21,383 bases of DNA from Chiloscyllium plagiosum (Eukaryota). Of the stretch, positions 10,704-21,112 are shown piece after piece. The stretch is from the NCBI RefSeq assembly GCF_004010195.1, contig NC_057719.1, forward strand, positions 63,084,747 through 63,106,129. The letters run 5' to 3'. The position numbers and the translations under genes are program-made. Positions within the stretch are counted from its first letter, which is position 1; each line of letters begins with the position of its first letter. The notes under the pieces were generated by a model. It saw nothing but the letters and a program-made list of their open reading frames with translations. It had not been told where the DNA came from and did not search any database.

Positions 10704-11368
10704 TCGAGTTTTCAACCAGTACACTGTGGCACACTGGCGTACAGCGACAAGATGAGAAGTGTGCCCTGACATTTCCAGGCTGCAGCACCACTTTATCTGC
10801 TGAAGTCAGATGCCCCAAATACAGTGGTGGGGGGAACAACATCCAGTGTCTGATTGCTGAATGACACTGTCACTCAGTGCATGGGGCCAGTGAGTCTGTC
10901 ATCTTTGGCCCTTGCTCCTTTGCTAGGCTGAGCCAGTCAGATTGCTCACTGCTGCTCCTGTGGGTAAACAGGGCTGTGTCACAGTGGAGCTGGGAACATG
11001 GTGAGGGTTCAAGCTGCAGCACGCAAAACTGAGCTTTTGTTGGAGCTGGTGTCCAGGGGAGAGGGGTTCCCCTCCCTGCCTCACCTGAGCCCCAAACAGT
11101 GGGGAACAGCTGCTGCCACCAGTGACCCTCCACAAGAGCTGTGGGTCGCAGCTGGATGGATGATCGGCAGGGAGTGAAAAGGCCACAGGGGGAGACTCAC
11201 CAATCTCTCAGTGTCACCATTCCTAATATGACATCAGTAGATACAGGTTAATGTGCCATTTATAAGCAACAAATTCAGCTGAGAAAAGTGAGTGCACCGT
11301 GGAGTTGTTTGTCTTATTGACAATTTCATATTTTGTCCCTTGATCCTGAAAAAGGTTGGAAACCACTG
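10704..11368. mobile_element. Non-autonomous hAT-type (Charlie-like) DNA transposon
   Basis: Right end AAAAGGTTGGAAACCACTG; left decayed end GTTTTCAACC followed by tgtggcacactgg subterminal motif. It interrupts collinear CR1 RT sequence. No clean 8-bp TSD. Confidence 0.6.
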
Positions 11369-12264
11369 TCATCCACCATGAGCTTCAGTTTTCCACAATC
11401 ACCTTTGATGTGGCACCTTATCAAACATCTTCTGGGAATCTAAGTCCAGTAAATCCACCATTCTACCTTATCCATAGCATTTGTTACTTCCTCAAAGAAC
11501 TCCAGAAGATTGATTAAACATGATTTTTCTTTCACAAAGCCATGTTAACTTTACCTGATTCCTTGAACATATCTAAGTATCCTTCTAAAGTTTTCCTCAA
11601 TAATATTTCCAACATTTTCTTTATGACAGATATCGAGCTGACTGGCTTATAATTTCCCACTTCCTTTTTGAATGAAGAAGTGGCATTTGCTGCCTTCCAA
11701 TTTAATGGGACTATCCCTGAATAAAGGGAGTTTTGGAAAACTAAAACAAAATACACAACTATTTCACTTGCCATTTCTTTTAAGATCCTAGGATGAAGTA
11801 CATCAAGACCTGAGCACTTGTCAGTTGCGGTTTCAATGACATTCTTATTACCACTTCTCTGGAAATTGTGATGTTCCTGAGTTTCTCAGTCCCTTCCATT
11901 TCCAAATTCATAGCTGCTTCTGGGACTATCCTTGCGACCTTTATAGCAATGGCCATTGTAAAATTCCTGCTCAATTCATTTGCCATCTCCTTAGTTTCCA
12001 TTATTAATTCTCTGAACTCGCTTTCTTGTTAACTAATTCTTGTTAATTAATTTCTTTTTATAATATCTACAGAAATACATAGTGACATTTCATACTTTAA
12101 TACATTTTATAAGCAAGATATTTATTGTAAACCTTAATTGTTGCAAAAGATGGCAGTTAAGGGTCAACCACTTTGCTGAAGGTTTGGTGTCATGTGTAAG
12201 CCAGACCAGGTAAACACAGCAGATTTTTCTCTCGAAAGGGCATTCATGATCCAGCTTGCTTTCT

Positions 12265-12360
12265 CTATACAAATGCTATCAAACCTGGTAAGTATTTTCC
12301 AGCAATTTCTATTTTTGTTTCTGATTTCCAGCATCTGCGGTTCTTTCAGTGTTTTGGGTT
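12265..12360 (+). mobile_element. Old Penelope-type 3' tail fragment
   Basis: tttccagcaatttctatttttgtttctgatttccagcatctgcggttc shares the tccagcatctg motif with the neighbouring element. Confidence 0.5.
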
Positions 12361-12385
12361 TTGTAATAGACTAATTGACAATGAG

Positions 12386-12604
12386 GCAAAAGTGAGGACG
12401 ACAGATGCTGGAGATCAGGGTCTAGATTAGAGTGGTGCTGGGAAAGCACAGCATGTCAGGCAGCATCCGATGAACAGGAAAAATCAACATTTCAGTCAAA
12501 AGTCCATTCCTGATGAAGGGCTTTTGCCCGAAATGTCAACTTTTCCTGCCCTTCGGATGCTGCCTGACCTGTTGTGCTTTTCCAGCACCACTCTAATCTA
12601 GTCT
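12386..12604. mobile_element. Penelope-type fold-back element with perfect 15-bp target-site duplication
   Basis: Inverted arms about 12422-12505 and 12519-12601; direct repeat CTAATTGACAATGAG at 12371-12385 and 12605-12619. Confidence 0.85.
12510..12537 (+). ncRNA. Hammerhead-ribozyme-like core
   Basis: CTGATGA-A-GGGC-TTTT-GCCC-GAAA-TGTC. Confidence 0.6.
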
Positions 12605-14153
12605 CTAATTGACAATGAGACCAGTTTTCAATTCCAGGTCCGTTCTTATATCTGATTTTAAATTCCACCATGCCATGGTGGGATTTGAACCCAGATCTCT
12701 GGAGCATTAGCCTGAGCCTCCGGTTTATTAGGTCTCATTACAACTCCATGACCATCTCCACTTGAAGAGACATGTCTGAGCACATCAGGCATTTCTTTGT
12801 GCGAATACTCATTGTTTTCTTAAAGTTGATGTGTACAACTTTGAGAATTATGCTGTGTAACAGAGAACAAGTAGAGGCTGTTGGCCCGAAATAAAATACT
12901 GACATGTTTTTCTAAGTAATTTGCATCAAGAGGTACAATGAGATTTTACATATTGTTCACATCACCTGATATTCTTTGCTGCTCTGTGGGCTAAGTTCAA
13001 CTATCGTCATATTTATACAGTCTACTTTAATTAATAATTTAGCTTCATTATCATGCAGCTACTTTGTGGTGGTCACCTTTAAGGACTGGATAAAACAGAA
13101 ATTCTACACTGGCAATGAAGTCTGGAGAAAGTTCGACTGCAGATTGTTAGACTTTCAGTTTAATGATCTTCCACTGTCAGAAAGGAGCCTGCAGCAGAGA
13201 AATTCACAGCTGCAGTGATCTTCATAACTGAAGGCAATGTGGTAATAAACAAAGAGGCTGATGCCAAGTTAGTATGTAATTGATGATACATGTTGCTGAG
13301 CACAGTCTTGCTGAGACCAGAATGACAGGGAAGGCTCAGCATTTCCTTTAGCAGTAAGTGCCTGTCTCATGGCCTGTAACACCCATGAAAAGAAAAGAAA
13401 TTGCCAATGTCTTATTTTATTCATTTTCCTGCTGGTTCTAAACAAAAGATTCACTCGCAAATGGCATGTTCCAACTGAGCAATGTGGCTGACAGCTTTAA
13501 AACTTCCTCGACCTGTGATTTTAAGACACAGGGGGAGCTGGTTAAAATTGAATGAGCCATTTTCCGAGTTGGATTTATTTCGCTAAATCAATGTTTTAAT
13601 GCTTGCAGTGAACTGGTGCAAAATGGTTGAAATGTGAGAGTTGTCTGGCTTCTCGACCAGACTTTATGAACCAAACTTAGGCTGCCTCAGCGTGGGGGAT
13701 ACCAAAGAGAACAAAAGAACAAAAGAGAAGTACAGGAACAGATCCTTTGGCCCTCCAAGCCTGTGCCAATCTTCGTGCCCTAACTAAACTAAACATCTGC
13801 CCTTATTCGATCCGTATCCCTCTATTCCCTCCCTATTTATGTAACTATCCAAATGCCTCTTAAATGTCACCATCGTGCCTGCTTCCACCACCTTTTTCTG
13901 GCAATGTGTTCCAGGCTCCTACCACCCTCTGCGTAAAAAACATCCCGCACACATTTCCTTGAGACTTTCCACTTCTCACCTTGGACCTGTGCCACCTTGT
14001 AATTGAAACTTCAACTCTGAGGAAAAAGCCTCTTACTATCCACCTTATCTCTGCTTCTCATAATTGTGTAGACACTTCGATCAGGTCTCCTCTCAGCCTC
14101 CGTCTTTCCAGTGAAAACAATCCTAGTCTTTTTAACCTTTCCTCAGCCTCGAG

Positions 14154-14279
14154 GAGAAAGTGAGGACTGCAGTTGCTGGAGATCAGAGCTGAAAAATGTG
14201 TTGCTGGAAAAGCGCAGCAGGTCAGGCAGCATCCAAGGAGCAGGAGAATCGACGTTTCGGGCATAAGCCCTTCTTCAGG
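14154..14279 (-). mobile_element. Penelope-type 3' terminal fragment inserted in CR1
   Basis: Same family as 12386-12604; flanked by AGCCTCGAG (14145-14153) and AGCCTTGAG (14280-14288). Confidence 0.85.
14251..14278 (-). ncRNA. Hammerhead-ribozyme-like core (best preserved copy)
   Basis: Minus strand CTGAAGA-A-GGGC-TTAT-GCCC-GAAA-CGTC. Confidence 0.6.
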
Positions 14280-14904
14280 AGCCTTGAGACCAGGCAACAT
14301 CCTGGTGAACTTTCTCTACTCTCTACAAAGCTTCCACGTCCTTTGGGTAGTATAGCAAACAAACCTGCACACAATACTCCAAAGGCTGCTTAACAAGGGT
14401 TTAATATATATACAACATGGTTTGCACCAGTCAATGAAGGCAAGCATGCCATAAGCCGTCTTAATCACCTTGGCCACTTTGTTATCACTTTTAGGGAACT
14501 GTGGACCTGCACGCCCAGATCACTCTGTATGTTAATGTTCCTAAGGGTTCTGCCATTTACAGAATAATTTACACCTAAAATTGATCATCCAAAATGCAGC
14601 ACATTGCATTTATCTGGATTAAACTCCATCTGCCACTTCTGTGCCCAAGTCATCAATCTATCTACGTCCTGTTGTATTTATTCACAATCATCAGCATGAT
14701 CAGCAATTCTACTAATCCTGCAAGTGGATCGGCGAAGTGGACTGATGGTCATGAAGGATTGGCAAATGTTAGATGCCAATGATAAATGGATTGAAGGTGC
14801 ACATGGTTGCTGGCTCTGGATTGTAACCTGAGATGCTGTTTGGTGCTGTGCAACATGGTGATTCCTCACCGACAGTGGCAAGGTCACCAGGTACATGCTC
14901 AGCA

Positions 14905-16870
14905 GAATACAGAATCAAATGATAATCTGTTCAAACATATCTCCAAAATGGAGTTATGAATATAGCATGCAATCTTGTTAGCTCATTCAATGGCACATGC
15001 CAACATCTGCTATTACCATTGAGTTTCATGAAAACTCTGGGATGCTGAGAAGTGGCAGATGGAGTTTAATTCAGATAAATGTGAGGTGCTGCATTTTGGG
15101 AAAGCAAACCTTAGGAAGACTTATACACTTAATGGTAAGGTCCAAGGAAGTGTTGCCAAACAAAGAGACCTTGGAGTGCAGGTTCATAGCTTTTTCAAGT
15201 GGAGTCGCAGGTAGATAGAAGGCTTTTGGTATGCTTTCCTTTATTGATCAGAGTATTGAGTACAGGAGTTGGGAGGTCATGTTGCGGCTGTACAGGACAT
15301 TGGTTAGGCCACTTTTGGAATATTGCGTGCAATTCTGGTCTCCTTCCTATCGGAAAGATATTGTGAAACCTGAAAGGGTTCGGAAAAGATTTACAAGGAT
15401 GTTGCCAGGGTTGGAGAAGAAAGATATAAAAGAGACCTAAGGGGCAACTTTTTCACACAGATGGTGGTACATGTATGGAATGACCTGCCAGAGGAAGTGG
15501 TGGAGGCTGGTACAATTGCAACATTTAAGAGGCATTTGGATGGGTATATGAATGGGAAGGGTTTGGAGGGATATGGGCCGGGTGCTGGCAGGTGGGACTA
15601 GATTAGGTTGGGATATCTGTTGGGTATGGACAGGTTGGAACAAAGGGTCTGTTTCCATGCTGTACATCTCTATGACTCTATAACTGGTGATTTCTTTTCT
15701 TGTTGATCTGTGTAAGGTGTAAATTTGAACCATACTGTTAGACTCAGGTACAGTAACCTTGGCCAAGCACCATTCAGTTAGTTTTGTGACCAGGAAAATT
15801 CTTTCTATTTTTGTTTTTTTTTGCAGGTTCCTTCTCAACTTGCTTCATGAACAGATGAAGAATCTACTTGGGTGTAAAGAGACATAAAGTTTAGCATCAT
15901 TCTTCAGTATTGTATACAGTAATACATTCAGTGTTGAGTTTTCCTTTAATTAATTGAGGATATACCTTTTCAAAGCAACTCTTTAGCTTCTGCTGTTTGA
16001 CCTCTTCCACTTTTTGAATAATATTGAAGTTAAGACATGACTTTCTACTCAAGACTGAGCATTCTTTATTGTGAAGTGCTTATCTACATAGATTCTCTAA
16101 TATTTTGCATCCCCTGTATTTGAAAGTTGCTTGTAGCATATGTGTACTCTGAAGTAGCAAACCTCCTGGACTAAGCAGTTGCACAGGAAAAATCATCCAC
16201 TCTTAACATCAAGGCACTGTCTGTCCCTGTGGGGTTTCTTTGCTCAACATTACTGACAATAAGTTTTAGTGTCTGATGTCTATCTTGATGCTTTATTGGT
16301 TTCTCATTTGTGTTGTTTGTGGTTTGTTTCTTAAGAATTAAATGTTCTCTGGTGAGCTGTGGAAAATTAATACTTTCCTCTTAGGATTGATCCATGTTGC
16401 AGCCAGACTTCTTAAGAGTCATGCCTTCTTTAGACAGTTATAAATCTGACAAAGTTTCATCAACAATTCTATGACAGTATCTTATGAGATCTAACATAAA
16501 GTCACAGTTGTATTTCTCCACAATTCTATGAAGATTATTAATAAAATATTTCATGGATTCCGCTGGAAGCTGAAGTCTTCTAATAAGTCTTGCTCCTTCA
16601 AAAATTGTCTTGGTTCGGGTTGGAATTAATTTTCAAAGTCTGTTAGCACCTCTTCAAATGCACCTTTTTTTGCCACTTGGTGAGATTTGGTGTTAACGGT
16701 TATACTGTCAATTATGTATGGAAGAATATGTACTCCTTCACATTCAGATTTAGTATCTAGTTTGAAGCTATTCTGTAACTCAGACATTGTTTTCTCTAAG
16801 ATGTCCAATTATGTTTTATTCCATGCATCTCTGAAAATAATTTCCACTGACAATGCTATTTCTGTTGCTA
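14905..16870 (-). mobile_element. Highly decayed Gypsy gag-pol remnant (gag-PR-RT order), split by a CR1
   Basis: gag: WTS*RKQCLSYRIAS/KLDTKSECEGVHILPY, TIFEGARLIRRLQLPAESMKYFINNLHRIVE; knuckle CQ*C*AKKPHRDRQC; RT N-terminus CLFTPK*ILHLFMKQVEKE, LVTKLTEWCLAKVTVPESNSMVQI; beyond the CR1, VFMKLNGNSRCWHVPLNELTRLHAIFITPFWRY (14935-15037). Confidence 0.8.
15039..15685 (+). mobile_element. CR1 (HER1-like) 3' fragment with internal deletion
   Basis: AEKWQMEFNSDKCEVLHFGK, LYRTLVRPLLEYCVQFWSP, RFTRMLPGLE, then a jump to the C-terminus; tail ctctatgactctataact. Same family as 10099-10607. Confidence 0.95.
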
Positions 16871-18795
16871 TGCCTTCTCTATGTAATTATATATTTTGCC
16901 TGCTGTTATTTCATAGTAGTAGCAATTTTTCTAACTTTAACTGCTGTACAGGGGGTGGGGGTGGGGGTGCAGCCTTCCACATCTTATAATTTAAATGGAC
17001 AATTTCTGTCTTCTCACCGTTTAACTGGCGGCTTCCCATCTTTTCCCCAGCTTGTCATTATGAATCCTTTACTGAATGAATCTCACACCTAGCAGTTTGA
17101 AGAATTGATTCACAGTTATTCTGGAGTATACTCTGCTTTTACCAGAGCCTGAAAAGAATGAACCTCTCTTAAACTCCGTGTTCCCATTGGATAGGTTTTG
17201 CTTCGACCTAAAATCAGCCCAACATTATCATTTTAATTACGGCTTCATCACATCCCCTGGTCTGTGATCTCAGATCAATATTCCTTTCATTCCCTTTTAA
17301 TGACATTTGTGTAGCTGTGCCTCATGATATTTGCAATACACTAAATATTGTTGACTACAAATAATTCTTCTGGTTAGACTATGAAGGAACCGTAATTCTA
17401 ATCTGTAAATAACTTAATGTTTAGCTTTTTGCAGCCTGAATTACTGCACAAATTTGCCCCAAGTGTTCCAGGGATTTAAATCTTTAATCACAGAACCTTT
17501 CTCAGCTGACTCACCTCTGAATTTTGATGCTGGACCAATTCCATAGACTACCATCTCACTGTGTAGCCTCTATTTGCTTTGGACTAACTCATTATCCTTC
17601 TTCAGAGAGTTGCTGATTCTGTCTTACCAAGTTTGCAATGCTTTTATCATTCATCGGAGATTTCTTGTTGAGGATTGCCACAGGAGTCTTGCCTGTAGGT
17701 TTTTTGAAACTTCAGCTTTTCATTGCTTCTGGCAATGCTGTATGAGCAGGTGACTTAAAGTTGAGTTTGAAGATCTCACATTGCTATTCACTATGAATTT
17801 AATGAGCAGCCACATCAAGACCACACTGCTGCTTCCACATTATATGGGCCATGCCAGATCACTGCACTCACTGCTTCTCATGATGAAGATTGCTGCCACC
17901 ATCCTCTTTAAGTTTAAGAAAGTGTAGGACATATGTAGTCTAGTGCAGTACAGGAAAACCACTCCCTGGTCCAACTAGAAGAGCCTCTTCTCAATAAGCT
18001 AGAAATAGGATTTGTTGCATGTTGGCAGCTCGATGTTGTTAAAGAAACTTTGAGGAGCACCAAATGTTAGATCTCTTCAAGATTCAAGACTGTTCTGCCC
18101 ATTAACTCTTTTTCAGAGCTATATACAACTACAGCTACCTTCCTTTCTCCTTTTTATCTTCCCAGGGTACTAATGGCTTGCCTTCTCAGTCCAATCTCAG
18201 TTGACCACTTGTCAATGTTCTTACCTTCAGATCAAAGTGAGGGGTAACAGTGGTCCTGACAGCTTACACTCCCAGTTCTGCCTTCCAGTCAGCAGAAAGT
18301 GAAAGATTAATGTCACATCTTTCCTAACATGTGCTCAGATCAGAGTCAAAAAGAGGATGGGAAGCTGGGATAATGGAGGACTAGGTATGAGAAATGTTCA
18401 TTGCTACATGTTAAGAGAAAATTTAATGATGAAATAACAATAGAATGAAAGACTTGAGGGGTAGTGTAGGATAATGTAAAGGCCCTAATATGCTCATAAA
18501 TAGTTTACATCTTCAGAGATGCTTGTTGAAGTGAGTCCCACTTGGCACCAGGACCAATCCTGCAGGGTTCTATGAATGCTCTTTCTCCTACCTCCCAATG
18601 CATATAGTGAAAATAATGAATAAAGGTTCCTGCTCACTAGCATGAAGGCCTACGAGTTTCCTGTTGCACCCTCCATCCGATCCCCACACTGGGAAGAATT
18701 TTCATTCCAAGGTGAAGGTGGAATTGGAGGCAGATGTGTCAGAATATTTTTGCTGCCAGTTTCTATGCCAGTCTGCTCTCATGTTCCTGGCTCTG

Positions 18796-19046
18796 GGGGT
18801 GGCATGGTGACTCAGTGGTTAGCATTGCGGCCTCACAGTGCCAGGGACTCATGTTCATTTCCACCCTTAGGCAACTGTCTGCGTGGAGTTTGCATATTCT
18901 CCCCATGTCAGTGTGGGTTTCCTCCAGGTGCTCTGGTTTCTTTCCACAGTCCGAAGATACGCAGGTTAGGCAAATTAACCATGGAAAATGCAGGATTACA
19001 GGGATAGGGTGGGGGGGCTGTGTCTGGGTGGGTTGCAGTTTGGAAG
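18796..19046 (+). mobile_element. HE1-type V-SINE, 5' part (3' part displaced to 20450-20503)
   Basis: ggtggcatggtgactcagtggttagca head; V-domain ggagtttgcatattctccccatgtcagtgtgggtttcctccaggtgctctggtttc. Confidence 0.88.
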
Positions 19047-20449
19047 ATGTTAGAGGCAAGGAGCTAGCATGGTAAAAGCTTGGCTTCTAGCAGAAAGCAG
19101 AGTGGGGATAAAAGTGTCATTCTCAGGATGGCAGCCAGTGACAAGTGGTGTTCCGCAAGGCTCAGTGTTGGGACCACAACTTTTCACTTCATACATTAAT
19201 GATCTAGATGAAGGAACTGATGACATTCTGGCTAAGTTTGCAGATGATACAAAGATAGGTAGAGGAACAGGAAGCATTGAGGAGGTGGGAGGAATTCAGA
19301 CAGATTAGGAGAGTGGGCAAAGAAGTGGCAGAGTACAACGTGAGAAATTGTGAGATCATGCACTTTGGTAAGAAGAATGGATGCATGGACTATTTTCTAA
19401 ATGGGGAGAAGATTCAGAAGTCTGAAGTGCAATGAGACTTGGGAGTCCAGGATTCTCTCAAGGTAAACTTGCAGGTTGAGTCAGTAGTTCAGAAGGCAAA
19501 TGCAATGATGGCTTTTATTTTAAGAGGACTTGAATATAAAAGCAGGGATGTACTTCTGAGGCTCTATAAGGCTCTGGTCAGACTACATTTGGAGTATTGT
19601 GCACAGTTTTGGGCACCAGATCCCAGGAAGGATGGACTGGCCCTGGAGCATGTTCAGAGGAGATACACAAGAATGGTACCAGGAATGAAAAGCTTAACAT
19701 ATGAGGAACATTTGAGGACTCTTGGTCGATATTCAATGGAGTTTAGAAGGATGAAGGGGGATCTAATTGAATCGTACAGAATACTGAATGGCCTGGACAG
19801 AGTAGGTGGTGGGAAGGTATTTCCGTTAGTAATGGACACTAGAACACAGGAGCACAGCCTTAGAGTAAAAGGAAGACCTTTTAGTATGGAGGTAAGGAGA
19901 AACTTCTTTAGCCAGAGAGTGGTAAATCTATGGAATTCATTGACACAGAATGCTGTGGAAGCCAGATCATTGATTATATTTAAGACTGAGATAGATGGAG
20001 CAGCACAGTGGCTCAGTGGTTAGCACTTCTGCTTCACAGCACAAGGGACCCGGCGACTGTCTGTATGGAGTTTGTACATTCTCCCCGTGTCTGCGTGGGT
20101 TTCCTCCAGGTCCTCCGGTTTCCTCCCGCGATCCAAAGGTGTGCAGGTTAAGGTGAATTGGCCATGTTAATTTGCCCATAGTGTGAGGTGCGTTAGTCAG
20201 AGGGAAATGGATCTGGGTGGGTTACTCTTCGGAGGGTCGGTGTGGAGTTGTAGGGCCGAAGGGCCTGTTTCCACACTAGGGAATCTAGTCTAATCTAATC
20301 TATAGGTTCTTGAGTGTCAAGGAGATCAAGGATTTCTGGGAGAAAGCAGGAGAATGGGGTTGAGAAACGTATCAGCCACGACTGAATGGCAGAGCAGACT
20401 TGATGGGCTGAATGGCCTAATTTCTGCTCTTGTGTCTTATGGTCTTATG
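19047..20449 (+). mobile_element. 5'-truncated CR1 LINE (RT C-terminal half and 3' UTR)
   Basis: [62 protein letters not shown]; tail gtcttatggtcttatg. Confidence 0.95.
19997..20302 (+). mobile_element. HE1-type V-SINE nested in CR1
   Basis: A box TGGCTCAGTGG, B-box segment deleted (gacccgg|cgactg), V-domain, LINE-like tail gggccgaagggcctgtttcc, (TAATC)n. Confidence 0.92.
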
Positions 20450-20503
20450 GGTCAGTGCAGACTTGATGGCCTCTTTATGCACTGTAGGGATTCTATAATT
20501 CTA
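20450..20503 (+). mobile_element. 3' tail of the HE1-type SINE starting at 18796
   Basis: ggtcagtgcagacttgatggcc..cactgtagggattctataattcta corresponds to what follows 'ggag' in the inner copy (20234 onward). Confidence 0.75.
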
Positions 20504-20511
20504 GATGTCGT

Positions 20512-20959
20512 TGGTGCATTTTACTGAAAACAGCTCGAGCAAATTGACAGCCACCTACCTGTCAGTGGGTAGCCAATTAAAATGGCAGCCAGGAATTCTT
20601 TGAACACATTGTGGATTTTTCTGACAGCAGACAGGCCCCTGAACTGATTGGAGAATCTCTACTCCAGAGACAGTGTAGTGCAAGCTACCGAGAGCAGGCC
20701 AGTGGGAGCCAGGGGCATATGCCCCATCACAAGCCTTCGGGAATACTTCAGCTACATCGGTCATTTCTCCCAATGAATGCCAGCAGCCCAGAGCCTTGAA
20801 ACTCACCCAACAACTTGAAGTCATTGGTATCCCTGCAATGTCTACTTTATCAGCTACCTCCTCAAAATCTCCTCCTGAGTCCTGCTGCATCACTTCCTGT
20901 TTCCTGACCTGGAATTCAGTCCTGTATTGGTATCAACACATTGCCAGAAATTCAGCCCA
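20512..20959. mobile_element. Possible decayed Harbinger-type MITE
   Basis: Right end AAATTCAGCCC (reverse complement GGGCTGAATTT) and weak left counterpart TTGGTGCATTTT; GC-richer interior. Confidence 0.3.
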
Positions 20960-21112
20960 GTGTTTCAGATCAAGACCTAGTCATTAGAATTGGAATTGGG
21001 TTCATTGTGCTGAAATGATGATACACCAGCTATCAACTCAGTTGGTACAACCAATTCAAGGCGACGCTGTGGCATTGTCACTAAGCTAGTAATCCAGAGT
21101 TCCAAATGTTCA

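Larger units (their letters stand above)
9170..12075 (-). mobile_element. Old CR1 LINE ORF2 (RT) and 3' UTR, interrupted by two insertions
   Basis: Minus translation: METKEMANELS.., WKAANATSSFKK..NYKPVSS, VDLLDLDSQKMFDKVPHQR, RIEDWLATRK, GVTQGLVLGL; heavily decayed. Confidence 0.85.
12148..12759 (-). mobile_element. tRNA-derived SINE (non-HE1 shark family) split by Penelope-type pieces
   Basis: Minus-strand B box GGGTTCAAATCCCACCATGGC (12673-12693); 3' body tacctggtctggcttacacatgacacc..gtggttgacccttaactgcc at 12150-12250. Confidence 0.65.
13707..14718 (-). mobile_element. CR1 LINE 3' part
   Basis: EERLKRLGLFSLERRRLRGDLIEV, QQDVDRLM..AQKWQMEFNPDKCNVLHFG; short tandem-repeat tail at 13707-13725. 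Confidence 0.9.

Noticed and set aside
12976..13218. Plus-strand 80-aa ORF in non-repeat DNA
   Set aside because: No recognisable family, no supported exon chain, and a length expected by chance.
15717..15887. Apparent two-exon host gene end (AG/GT at 15747, T-rich acceptor at 15826, peptide RFLLNLLHEQMKNLLGCKET)
   Set aside because: The opposite strand encodes the Gypsy RT N-terminus; the splice-like signals and peptide are its antisense shadow.
16951..16968. G-quadruplex from (GGGGGT)3
   Set aside because: Only three G-tracts; treated as a simple repeat.
18642..19075. ORFs of 121, 113 and 98 aa
   Set aside because: They are translations through an HE1-type SINE.
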